DNA of 64,000 nt from an uncultured Spirochaetota bacterium. Lineage in GTDB: Bacteria > Spirochaetota > Brevinematia > Brevinematales > JAOACQ01. The position numbers were made by a program, and so were the translations under genes. Under the pieces are notes generated by a model. It did no database searches. It was given only the letters and a program-made list of their open reading frames with translations, and had not been told where the DNA came from. The stretch covers positions 160,001 through 224,000 of the forward strand of contig CAWAOD010000014.1 in the NCBI GenBank assembly GCA_963783575.1, given 5' to 3'. Of the stretch, positions 19,474 through 29,058 are shown in pieces; the stretch's first letter is position 1, and every line of letters starts with the position of its first letter.

Positions 19474-20763
19474 ATGAATAATGATGTATTAAACAAAAAA
19501 AGTGTGAAATCAGTATTGTCAGAATTTGCATCTTTTTTAAGAATATTCCGGTGGACATCTCTTGATTCCCATATTTTATATGGGTTTATATCCTCACTCT
19601 TTGGTTCCATGATTTTATTTATTTCAATCTATCAATTGACTCAATTGTTCCAGGACCTGAGATGGCTGCCGCAGGGGACTGATGCAGTCATGCTGATCAA
19701 GTATTATAGTTATAGTTCAATTTACTGGGCGACTATACTCGAACCGTTTTCATTTCTTTTTGCCACAGTTTTTGTTTTAAGCCGTATGGCCCAGCAGAGA
19801 GAATTGGTTGCCATTATCAGCACAGGTACAAGCATTTACAGGGTTAGTTTTTATATTGTTTTATTTACAGTATTAAATTACTTTTTCATGGTTTTTTATT
19901 TTCAAAATACTGTTGTTTATCCGTCTTATCAAAAAAAATTTATTCTTGGTGAAGTGATTTTTCATAGTAAAGATATGAAATCCATTGATAAATTGAAGGA
20001 TAATACTGATTTTTCCATTTTTGGGGCAAATAACCTGATTTATATTGTCGGACATTATGATGCTATAGTTAAAGAAATTCAAAATGTAACCATTATACAA
20101 TTAAATGATAGAGCTAAAATCAGTAATAATAATCAATCAACTTTAACCAATATAAATCAATGGCTTTTAACCAATATGAATGAATTGACTAGGCAGAGAA
20201 GCCTCCTTTATGAAAATACGATAAATCTATTGCTGAGAATTGATGCTGATAAAGCGGTGTGGAATAATAAAGAAGGAAAATGGCTGTTTAATATCGGAAC
20301 GATAAGATATGTTAAGAATTATGGGGAAAGTTTTGTAATCAAATCTTTCACAAATCAATCCTTTGATTTTATTACCGATCCGCCTTATTATTTCGAGAAA
20401 ATCTGGTATGTTATGAGTGCAATGACATATGAAGAGGGAAGGCGTTATATAGAAACGCTTAAGAGATCACATCAGGATTATAAAGGAGATGAAGCTAACT
20501 ACCTTTCCAAGTTCAGCTATCCTCTTGGGTTAATCTTTGTCGTTTTGGCGGGTATCGGCATTGTTGATATGTCAAGAAGAAAGATCTCGTTTATTGTTAA
20601 TTTAATGGTTTGTCTTGCTTTGTTTATTGTTTATTATCTGTTTTATGCCATTGGAATATCATTAGCGGAAAAAGGAAATATTTCCACACAGGCAGGCGCT
20701 TATTCGGGTGGCATTTTTTTTGGGATAATTTCAATTATATTATTCTTAAGGACAAAAACATAA
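19474..20763 (+). CDS. lptG: LptF/LptG permease, LptG-like
   Basis: SRMAQQRELVAIISTGTS, KFSYPL; follows the lptF-like genes. Confidence 0.8.
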   Translation: MNNDVLNKKSVKSVLSEFASFLRIFRWTSLDSHILYGFISSLFGSMILFISIYQLTQLFQDLRWLPQGTDAVMLIKYYSYSSIYWATILEPFSFLFATVFVLSRMAQQRELVAIISTGTSIYRVSFYIVLFTVLNYFFMVFYFQNTVVYPSYQKKFILGEVIFHSKDMKSIDKLKDNTDFSIFGANNLIYIVGHYDAIVKEIQNVTIIQLNDRAKISNNNQSTLTNINQWLLTNMNELTRQRSLLYENTINLLLRIDADKAVWNNKEGKWLFNIGTIRYVKNYGESFVIKSFTNQSFDFITDPPYYFEKIWYVMSAMTYEEGRRYIETLKRSHQDYKGDEANYLSKFSYPLGLIFVVLAGIGIVDMSRRKISFIVNLMVCLALFIVYYLFYAIGISLAEKGNISTQAGAYSGGIFFGIISIILFLRTKT

Positions 20764-20789
20764 AATAATTGTTTTTTCAATATTAGATT

Positions 20790-21866
20790 TTACAAAACAT
20801 CGCCGAAACAAGTATCGATCAATTTCGCTTCCTTAATAAGAGGGTCATCGGCTGGTACAATTTTAATCTTTCCGGCGATTTCTTGAAGCGGGACAGTTGT
20901 GATTTCACTGCCTCTTAAAGCTACCATTCTTGAGAATTTCTTTCTTGCAATCATCTCTGCAGCATACGTACCGAAACGAGTCGCAAGAATTCTGTCGCCC
21001 GGCGACGGAGTACCGCCCCTTTGAAGGTAGCCTAGAATGGTTTCCCTGGTTTCAAGCCCTGTCATTTCTTCAATCTTCTTGGCGATATAATGGCATGGAG
21101 AAATATTTGTTCGGCAGTCATTACTTTTGTTTTTTTCGCCGGCATCCTCGGGAACTTTTATTCCTTCTGCAACAACAACGATCGAGTATGGTTTTCCCTC
21201 TGCGGCTCTTTTTTCAAGATATTTTGCTATTACCTTCTCATTGTATTCTATTTCCGGCATCAGAATAACATCTCCTCCACCGGAGATACCGGAATATAAA
21301 GCCAGCCAACCAGCATGGTGTCCCATAACTTCCATTACCATAATCCTTTTATGTGAATTAGCCGTTGTATGCAGGCGATCGAGAGCTTCGGTAGCAATAT
21401 TTACAGCCGAATCAAATCCGAATGAAACATCTGTGCCCCAGACATCATTGTCGATAGTTTTTGGAATTCCGATGATATTCAATCCGAATTTTGCAAGTTT
21501 ATGGGCAGTTTTTTGCGTACCGTTTCCTCCGATACATACAAGACAATCAAGATTAAGATCCTGGTAATTTTTTTTAATCAATTCCGGTTTGCTTGACGCG
21601 TATTTAGAATCGGTCATATTTTTGAAGGGTTTAACCCTTGAAGTTCCAAGAATTGTTCCCCCGACAGTCAGAATTCCTGACAGCTTACGTTCGTCAAGTT
21701 CTATATATTCTTTATTAATCAATCCCTGGAAACCGGATGAAATGCCGAATACTTTCATTCCGTATTTTAATATCGCCGTTTTTCCGACTCCACGGATTGC
21801 CGCATTCAAACCCGGGCAATCGCCGCCGGATGTCAATATTCCGATTCTCATTACTTTTTTTGTCAT
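20790..21866 (-). CDS. pfkA: 6-phosphofructokinase (probably ATP-dependent)
   Basis: ILTSGGDCPGLNA, GGTILGTSR, IGGNGT, PKTIDND, EVMGHHAG, LGYLQRGG. Confidence 0.95.
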   Translation of the reverse strand: MTKKVMRIGILTSGGDCPGLNAAIRGVGKTAILKYGMKVFGISSGFQGLINKEYIELDERKLSGILTVGGTILGTSRVKPFKNMTDSKYASSKPELIKKNYQDLNLDCLVCIGGNGTQKTAHKLAKFGLNIIGIPKTIDNDVWGTDVSFGFDSAVNIATEALDRLHTTANSHKRIMVMEVMGHHAGWLALYSGISGGGDVILMPEIEYNEKVIAKYLEKRAAEGKPYSIVVVAEGIKVPEDAGEKNKSNDCRTNISPCHYIAKKIEEMTGLETRETILGYLQRGGTPSPGDRILATRFGTYAAEMIARKKFSRMVALRGSEITTVPLQEIAGKIKIVPADDPLIKEAKLIDTCFGDVL

Positions 21867-21888
21867 ATTTTACTCCGGAAAACATAAT

Positions 21889-23856
21889 CTATTTATCCGA
21901 ATAAACACCTTTAACGGAATAATTACCGAATATATCAGTAACTTTTACCTGTACTACAGAACCTGGTAATAAATTGAGACGAATATCAAAAGATTCCGAT
22001 AATGAATCAAAAATACTATCAATTGGAAGGATTTTTATCCATTTGGAACCGTTTATACTGTAGCACGCTTCATATAACTGGGAAAGGCCGTCTGTTGCTG
22101 AAAATCCCAATGAATAATTTGTTCCTTCTTTTTTTAAAATAATATCTCCAATTACCGGGGGGGTATTGTCTATAATGAAATAATCGCTTAATTTTACACT
22201 CTTTTTGGATTCCTGATCTGTGTTTGACCTTTCATCCGATGCAGTAATTTTAATTCTGTATCTTCCATCGGGAAAATTTTCTTTATTAAGATCGAAACTA
22301 CTATCTTCGAGTGGTTTGTCATTAATCTTTACCCAGGAATTTTCATTCTGAGAAAGATATATGTCATAAATAAGAGTATCCTTATTCGCATCGCTTGCAT
22401 CCCAGCTGACTTTAATGACGTTGTTGTTATACCCGATATTTATTTTATCGATTTCCGGTGCAATGTTTTTTTGAACATAAGGAATATAAATGCTCCGGAA
22501 TAGAGGATTTTTCTTCCCGTCAGATTTAAGGTTAACCCTGTATTGAATAAAACGGTCAGGGGATGATACGATTTTATCTTTTACCGGAGACCAATCTTCC
22601 CATATATCCATGTTAAAGATAGCTCCGCTTCGGGTGTATAAGTCAATTCCAGTTTCAGCCGGAACTATACTGCTGATGTTCGGAGATCCCCACTGTGAAA
22701 CATTACCGGTATCGAAAGCCGATGATATAAAATAACCCTCTTTAGAGATTGAAGTATTCATTTTTATTATTCTTGCCGGGTCAAGTAAAATACCATAACT
22801 TTCATTATCAATAGAAATAAACCTTGCAAACTTACCATTTCCAAGGCTTGTAAACTTATTGACCTCATCATTCTGAGAAATTTCAAAATATCCGGCGTTT
22901 TTATCACTGCCTATTATAAGCTTATCTTCAATTTGAGTAAGTGAAACGAATTTGATGCCGCTTTTTTGAAACAATTCAACAAGGTTGCCTTGAAGATCGT
23001 ATGAGTAAAGAGCACTTTTTTCGGAAATTTTTGATCCGCGTTTATCTGATTGACTGCCCCTAGATGAATTATCATCATCGGAAGAGGCTGTTCCTGATTG
23101 TGTCTGTGCGGGCTTCTGTATATCCTTGATTGATGTGATTATATATATCTTTCCTTTTGATAAAATTAAATCGGAAATATTATTATCAAAAGATGCGGCG
23201 GCAATTATTTTTCTATGATTTTTTACCGGTGTTTTATATAGTATATAACCGTCGCCGAAAAAATATAAGTAATCTCCGATAACAATACCTTTTAATATAC
23301 TCTTTTCCTCTGGAACCGGCAATGACCAGATCATATTGTTATTACTTCCGTAAAAATAAATTTCCGCAGGATTTCCGGCGAAAACATATAATCCGGTTTT
23401 ATCCGGCATTATCTGCCAGATGTATTCATTTGAAATATGGATTTCACTTTTCAATGTAAATCCACTATCCAGAATATAAATTGAAGCCCTGGGAATAGCG
23501 GAAAAATATATATTGCTCCCGATTATTTGTATATCGCTTATAAGAATCTTATTTGAAACAGTGAATATATTATAATTTGTCTGGCTGTTGATAAAAAAAA
23601 GCGCTGCCGATTCCCCGCTTCCGGCTAAAAAACCGTTTTTCCATTTTTCAACTGACCATATCATTTCCCGAGATGTAAATATTTCGCTGTAATCCCTTGA
23701 AAGCTCTATTCCGCCATTCTCAATAAAGCTGATATTGCTGTATTCAAAATTTTCGATATTATCAAATTTAAAATCATTGACATATTTAGTAGATACCGTA
23801 AAACCGTATGACTGACATATCATTATTATCAATAATAAATATCGGGACAATCTCAT
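21889..23856 (-). CDS. Exported protein, probable beta-propeller plus fibronectin/Ig-like C-terminus
   Basis: RBS GGAG and signal peptide at ATG23856; WDASDANKDTLIYDIY, DGRYRIKITASD, IDNTPP. Confidence 0.6.
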   Translation of the reverse strand: MRLSRYLLLIIMICQSYGFTVSTKYVNDFKFDNIENFEYSNISFIENGGIELSRDYSEIFTSREMIWSVEKWKNGFLAGSGESAALFFINSQTNYNIFTVSNKILISDIQIIGSNIYFSAIPRASIYILDSGFTLKSEIHISNEYIWQIMPDKTGLYVFAGNPAEIYFYGSNNNMIWSLPVPEEKSILKGIVIGDYLYFFGDGYILYKTPVKNHRKIIAAASFDNNISDLILSKGKIYIITSIKDIQKPAQTQSGTASSDDDNSSRGSQSDKRGSKISEKSALYSYDLQGNLVELFQKSGIKFVSLTQIEDKLIIGSDKNAGYFEISQNDEVNKFTSLGNGKFARFISIDNESYGILLDPARIIKMNTSISKEGYFISSAFDTGNVSQWGSPNISSIVPAETGIDLYTRSGAIFNMDIWEDWSPVKDKIVSSPDRFIQYRVNLKSDGKKNPLFRSIYIPYVQKNIAPEIDKINIGYNNNVIKVSWDASDANKDTLIYDIYLSQNENSWVKINDKPLEDSSFDLNKENFPDGRYRIKITASDERSNTDQESKKSVKLSDYFIIDNTPPVIGDIILKKEGTNYSLGFSATDGLSQLYEACYSINGSKWIKILPIDSIFDSLSESFDIRLNLLPGSVVQVKVTDIFGNYSVKGVYSDK

Positions 23857-23969
23857 AATAATCTCCGGTTTGAAAAAATCACTTTTAAGCAAGTTAAAAC
23901 GGTTTATTTTAAAGGAAATATCATTTATTCTCAAATTGCTAAAAGGAGTATTTTATGTTAAAATCAATC

Positions 23970-24046
23970 AGTCGAAAGTCTGTCAGTCTATTAGTCAATC
24001 AGCCGGTAATTAAAAGACTAGCAGACTAACTGACCGGTTGACGACT
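23970..24046. repeat. Intergenic inverted array of 8-bp-period AGTC / GACT units
   Basis: AGTC at 23970, 23977, 23985, 23993 and AGCC at 24001; GACT at 24016, 24024, GACC at 24032, GACG at 24040, GACT at 24043. Confidence 0.7.
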
Positions 24047-24068
24047 AAGCTATTCGGATGGTATAATT

Positions 24069-24791
24069 ATGAAGGGTTTGATAATTGTTCCCACATATAA
24101 TGAATCTGAAAATATTGCTAAGCTCATTCCTGAAATATTAAAGCAGAATGAAATATTAGAGGTCCTGATTGTTGACGATAATTCTCCTGATGGAACGGCT
24201 TCCATTGTAAAGAACCTGATGAAAAGCAATTCCCGCATCAATTTACTGGAAAGAGAAAAAAAAGCGGGTCTTGGGAAAGCGTATGTCGCTGGCTTCAAAT
24301 GGGCTCTTCAAAGCCCGAAAAACTTCGATTTTGTCTGTGAGATGGACGCGGATTTTTCACATGATCCCAACGAGCTGTATTTATTTTATGAGGCTCTTGA
24401 TGAAAAATACGATGCCGTTTGCGGTTCAAGATATATCAGGGGTGTTAGGGTTTTGAACTGGGATATTAAACGATTTTTTTTGAGTCTCGGAGGAAATTAT
24501 TATGCAAGGATTGTTACAGGCATCAATTTGACCGATTTAACCGGCGGATATAACTGTTATACCAGAAAAGTTCTGGAAAGTCTGAACATTGATAATATCA
24601 GTTCAAGCGGATACTCTTTCCAGATCGAGATGAAAGCAAAAACAATATACAGGGGATTTAAAATCAAAGAAGTACCGATTATTTTCAGAGACCGCTTTGA
24701 GGGTACTACTAAAATGCATGGCGGAATAATCAAGGAGGCTTTTCTTAAGTGCTGGAAAATCAGATTTGACAAATGGTTTGGGAATATCTGA
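24069..24791 (+). CDS. Polyprenol monophosphomannose synthase (GT2, Dpm1/Ppm1-like)
   Basis: IVPTYNESENI, VDDNSPDGT, GLGKAYVAGF, MDADFSHDP, GYSFQIEM. Confidence 0.92.
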   Translation: MKGLIIVPTYNESENIAKLIPEILKQNEILEVLIVDDNSPDGTASIVKNLMKSNSRINLLEREKKAGLGKAYVAGFKWALQSPKNFDFVCEMDADFSHDPNELYLFYEALDEKYDAVCGSRYIRGVRVLNWDIKRFFLSLGGNYYARIVTGINLTDLTGGYNCYTRKVLESLNIDNISSSGYSFQIEMKAKTIYRGFKIKEVPIIFRDRFEGTTKMHGGIIKEAFLKCWKIRFDKWFGNI

Positions 24792-24799
24792 TACTTTCT

Positions 24800-26527
24800 T
24801 TATTTAATGCTTTCTAACATTGATTTTACACGGAAAAGCATATTATCGGATTTTTCCGGGTTGACATCGCTGTTGCCAGAATTTTCGCTGTAAGCGTTTT
24901 GATTGCAGTCGTTGTAAATTTCCTCAATATTCTTTATGGTTTCTTCCCTTAATTTTCTTTCTCTTAGGTTTAAAATTAACTCTTTTATTCCGATTCCACC
25001 GGGTATATTAAATTTATCGGTGATGTAATAGAATATCCCTTTTTGAAGGGATGTATAAAAATCTCTGTTATTTCCCTTCTCAAGATTGATTCTTGCTTCT
25101 GATAAATACCCGGCGAATCTTTTATTAGCAAGAAATTTTCTGGAATAATTTTTATCTATGCTCATTTTATCCTTATGCCGACCATATAAAAATGATAATC
25201 CGGGAAGAACAATAAAAAGTAAGGCAGTCAGCAAAAACAGGGGATTAAATATTATATACCGGTATGATTTTGGGTTATCTATAATTTTAAACTTAAGGGA
25301 GCTTTTCTTTTCCACTATATTACTGTCTATTACTTTTATATTAAATCCATCCATTACTACTTTTTTTAATGCTAAGTCTTTATCAATATAATTAATAATA
25401 ACCTGTGGTATTGAAAAATCAACTCCTTTTTGAGAAAGGAAAGAATATTTAATATTCTGCTTAAAATATGCCCTGCCGTTTCTGTATTCCATAAACTTTA
25501 ACTCTGTTACCGGGGATGATAAAAATATTCCCTCTTGCTTAAAATCGCTGTAAGGGTTGGAGAGAACTTTTAAGTTGCCGTCTCCGGTCATTTCAATCTG
25601 GATATCAAAGCTTTTGCCTTTTTCTATTATATTTGTCAGCAATGTTGTTTTAACGGAAAGATCACCGATGTAAGATATTCCGGAATCATTTTTTGTCTTA
25701 ACCGAATCTATGCCGATATTTTCCGATTTAAGCTGAATCTGCCCATATGGAGTTATGGCAACGATGGAAGGGGGAACGATTCCGATTTTACCGGCCTCAA
25801 CAGGATAAACAACATATCTCTTGACCAGCTTTTGATAATATTCGCCGTTTATTGTTATTCCGTTGTCGGGAAACTTCGGTAAATCGTAAAGTGCTGATTT
25901 ATCCGAACGGATAGGCGCTACTTCTGTATATTGATAGTTGAAGGCTTCTTTGTCGGAAGCCAGTATATATGCGTCCAGGATCACCTGCTGGTTTTGATAT
26001 GCAGATGCTGGTTTTGGTACCAGTTTAAGAAAGAGCGAAGGAATTTTTGGGCGTCTTCCAAAAAACTCATCCAGGTCTGCAAACGGATTTACTGTATTTT
26101 GTCTTTGTGTCTTACGGTTTTCTTTTACAACCTTTAATTTTTGAACTGGGGTATGGTAAGAAATTTTTTGTATTAAAATTTCAAATGAATCAATTTCAAT
26201 AATACCTTGAATCTTGGGTGTAATAATAAAACTGTATGTAAATGTTGTACTGGAAGACATCTGGCCGTTAACAATGCTTACCTGTGAACTTGTGGATTCT
26301 CCCGTATAGCTTAATTCGTAATTCTTGCTCCTGGGCGCATTAATGTTTTCAGGTTTTTGATTAATTTCAATTGTGATTTCAGCCTGATCTTTTATGCCGA
26401 TAGTTTCCGGATTCACCCTTATATTGATTTGAGGTTCGGCCGAAAACATAACTGTGGCGGATAGCATCAATAAAATTAATATACTGAATTTATTAATAAT
26501 TATTTTAAGAACAATCTTTTTTAACAT
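24800..26527 (-). CDS. batD: BatD family protein
   Basis: Signal peptide, SSQVSIVNGQMSSSTTFTY, Ig-like repeats, GDGNL, C-terminal TM. Confidence 0.8.
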   Translation of the reverse strand: MLKKIVLKIIINKFSILILLMLSATVMFSAEPQINIRVNPETIGIKDQAEITIEINQKPENINAPRSKNYELSYTGESTSSQVSIVNGQMSSSTTFTYSFIITPKIQGIIEIDSFEILIQKISYHTPVQKLKVVKENRKTQRQNTVNPFADLDEFFGRRPKIPSLFLKLVPKPASAYQNQQVILDAYILASDKEAFNYQYTEVAPIRSDKSALYDLPKFPDNGITINGEYYQKLVKRYVVYPVEAGKIGIVPPSIVAITPYGQIQLKSENIGIDSVKTKNDSGISYIGDLSVKTTLLTNIIEKGKSFDIQIEMTGDGNLKVLSNPYSDFKQEGIFLSSPVTELKFMEYRNGRAYFKQNIKYSFLSQKGVDFSIPQVIINYIDKDLALKKVVMDGFNIKVIDSNIVEKKSSLKFKIIDNPKSYRYIIFNPLFLLTALLFIVLPGLSFLYGRHKDKMSIDKNYSRKFLANKRFAGYLSEARINLEKGNNRDFYTSLQKGIFYYITDKFNIPGGIGIKELILNLRERKLREETIKNIEEIYNDCNQNAYSENSGNSDVNPEKSDNMLFRVKSMLESIK

Positions 26528-26552
26528 TATTTTGCCTCAAGAATTTTTCAGC

Positions 26553-27434
26553 TTATTTCCAGTATTTTCCGTAAAATAAATCCAGATCACGTCGAATTTC
26601 ATAAGGAATGAGTTCTTTTTTTGTCATTATGGCATATTTAACAGCAGATCCGCAGGAACATCCGTCATCCGTTGTAATATTTTCGATGACAAGAGGAATT
26701 AGTTGATTTACTGTATTATTATTCTCCTTCATGTTTTCCAGAATAATCGAAACATCAACCGCTTCTTCTCCTTCCCTCCAGCAGTCGTAATCGGTCGGTA
26801 ATGCTATCGCAGCATAGCAAATTTCGGCTTCCCTCGCGAGTTTGGTTTCCGGAAGCGCTGTCATACCGATAACTCCGGCTTCCCAGCTTCGGTAGAGATT
26901 GCTTTCAGCACGAGTTGAGAATTGAGGGCCTTCCATGCAAATATAAGTCTCTTCTGTAAATAACCTTTTTCCGGAATTATTATCTTTAATATAATTTTCA
27001 ATAACGGCTTTTATTCCGGCCCTCAATCTGCCGCAGAAGGGATCTGCGAAGGATATATGACCGACAACCCCTTGCCCGAAATATGAAAGAGGCCTGCCCT
27101 TTGTCCTGTCAATAAGCTGTGAAGGTAATACAATGTCGGTAGGCCGGATTTCCTCCTTTAAGCTTCCGACTGCGCTTATACCGATAATGGAAGTAACACC
27201 GAGTGTTTTCAGTGCATAAATATTGGCCTTTGAATTAACTTCCGACGGTATTAATCTGTGACCCTTACCATGGCGAGGCAAGAAAGCGGCCTTTTTATCT
27301 CCGATCTGTGCGATAGTTATATTATCAGAAGGTTTGCCGAATGGTGTATTAATTTCAATTTCTTCAATTACTTCTGCATTTGACAATTCATAAACTCCGC
27401 TTCCGCCGATAATTCCAATTTTTATTTTTTCCAT
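26553..27434 (-). CDS. mtnP: S-methyl-5'-thioadenosine phosphorylase
   Basis: GIIGGSG, TPFGKPSD, RHGKGH, EGPQFSTRAES, GMT, TDYDCW. Confidence 0.95.
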   Translation of the reverse strand: MEKIKIGIIGGSGVYELSNAEVIEEIEINTPFGKPSDNITIAQIGDKKAAFLPRHGKGHRLIPSEVNSKANIYALKTLGVTSIIGISAVGSLKEEIRPTDIVLPSQLIDRTKGRPLSYFGQGVVGHISFADPFCGRLRAGIKAVIENYIKDNNSGKRLFTEETYICMEGPQFSTRAESNLYRSWEAGVIGMTALPETKLAREAEICYAAIALPTDYDCWREGEEAVDVSIILENMKENNNTVNQLIPLVIENITTDDGCSCGSAVKYAIMTKKELIPYEIRRDLDLFYGKYWK

Positions 27435-27457
27435 AAATACCTCCGGGATATTATTTT

Positions 27458-27886
27458 CTAATCAATGATAAATAAACGGTCCATCTCATTTTCTTCAATT
27501 GTAATATGTATATTTGCTGTTTTGAAATTCAGGAGCGGTTTAGCTTTATCCGGCCATTCTATAAAACTATAATCGCCATGCGTAATAAAATCTTCAAGGC
27601 CCAGTTCTTCAAGCTCTGATACGGAATATAACCTGTAAAGATCAATATGGTATATAATAACCAATTCGTTTTTATATTCATTAATTATGGTGAATGTCGG
27701 ACTTGTAACCGATGCTCCCAAACCCCAATACGAAGCAAATCCTTTGACAAATGTGGTTTTTCCGCTTCCCACTTCTCCAACCAAAAGTACAACATTTCCC
27801 TTACAAATTCCGTCTATTTTACCGGAAGCCAGATCGCTGGCAATCTTCATTGTTTCCTCAGGGCTTTTAGTCTTGATTTTTATCAT
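27458..27886 (-). CDS. tsaE: tRNA t6A biosynthesis ATPase TsaE
   Basis: GEVGSGKT, VTSPTF, YHIDLYRL, IEWP. Confidence 0.95.
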   Translation of the reverse strand: MIKIKTKSPEETMKIASDLASGKIDGICKGNVVLLVGEVGSGKTTFVKGFASYWGLGASVTSPTFTIINEYKNELVIIYHIDLYRLYSVSELEELGLEDFITHGDYSFIEWPDKAKPLLNFKTANIHITIEENEMDRLFIID

Positions 27887-28079
27887 TTGATTGGCTGACC
27901 TCAAAATCGATAATGTCAATTATGATTAATTTCACAAACTAGTATCAATTATAAGAACACTTCAAAAAACTCATTAGTTAGAAGTGATTTGGCAGTTCCA
28001 GTTTATTAAAAAAATTTTGTTTAATGAGATTTTCCAACTGCCCATAGATTATAAATAATTTATTATTATTTATCAATAT

Positions 28080-28763
28080 TCAGAATACGGCTTTATTTAT
28101 TTTCCATAAAAAATCATAGAACGGCTTTAGAATTTGAAAATTGGTTTTCAATTCTTCAACAAGATTGCTACTGAATAAGGTGTCATCAATTTTTTTATTA
28201 TTTACAAGATAAAAATTTTTTCTCTGATACCAATCCAAAATGTCTATGGATTTTGTTTGATCAAGAACTTTTTTATATTTATCACCCTCAAGTTTAAAGA
28301 TATTTTTATTCATAAATCCCGATACAATCTTTAAAAATTCATCAGGGTGTCGATCGATAAAATTTCGTAGTTTGTCCATGGTTTCCTTTTCTGCCTGATA
28401 ATATCCCAGGCCATATCTATAATCTTCCGGATTTAATTCAAAATAAAAAACCGGAGAGTCTTTCCAGTCCTTAACCCTTCTTTTAAAAGAGATCCACATG
28501 TTACTCCGGTATGGCGACTTATCTTTAGAGAATCTGACATCTCTGTATATTCTCGATATTGTTTTATCAACCATAGGAGATGTTTCCAACTCATTGTCGA
28601 TTCTTTGCATAAATCCCGCAATATCGATAACAAGTTCCTGGAAAGGCTTTAATAAAAATTCTTTATAATCATTTCTATGGGATTCGAACCAGGCTTTATT
28701 ATTATTAAACCTCAGATTAACAAGGAATTCTAATGTTTTGACCGAAAATCCTCTGAAAGCCAT
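28080..28763 (-). CDS. DUF2461 family protein
   Basis: FLVNLRFNNNKAWF, RIYRDVRFSKDKSPY. Confidence 0.9.
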   Translation of the reverse strand: MAFRGFSVKTLEFLVNLRFNNNKAWFESHRNDYKEFLLKPFQELVIDIAGFMQRIDNELETSPMVDKTISRIYRDVRFSKDKSPYRSNMWISFKRRVKDWKDSPVFYFELNPEDYRYGLGYYQAEKETMDKLRNFIDRHPDEFLKIVSGFMNKNIFKLEGDKYKKVLDQTKSIDILDWYQRKNFYLVNNKKIDDTLFSSNLVEELKTNFQILKPFYDFLWKINKAVF

Positions 28764-29058
28764 ATTTTTCTCCCTTAATTCTGATTTCATCATTATAATA
28801 TTTACAGAAAGTATTATATAAAGACGAAGGAATAAAATCAAACAGTAAATTTATTATAAATTATAGTTTTATAATTACTAGAATTATTCTTGATTATTTA
28901 AGTACGTTGCTTTATATTATTAGCCGATTTATTTTATATATAACCATTAACAAATATTTATTTAACCGAATATTAATTTAATATTAATCAGGAGAATTGA
29001 AGAATTTATCTTCAAAGAATTATATAATAAATCAAAATAATAAAATGTGGGAGAAATT

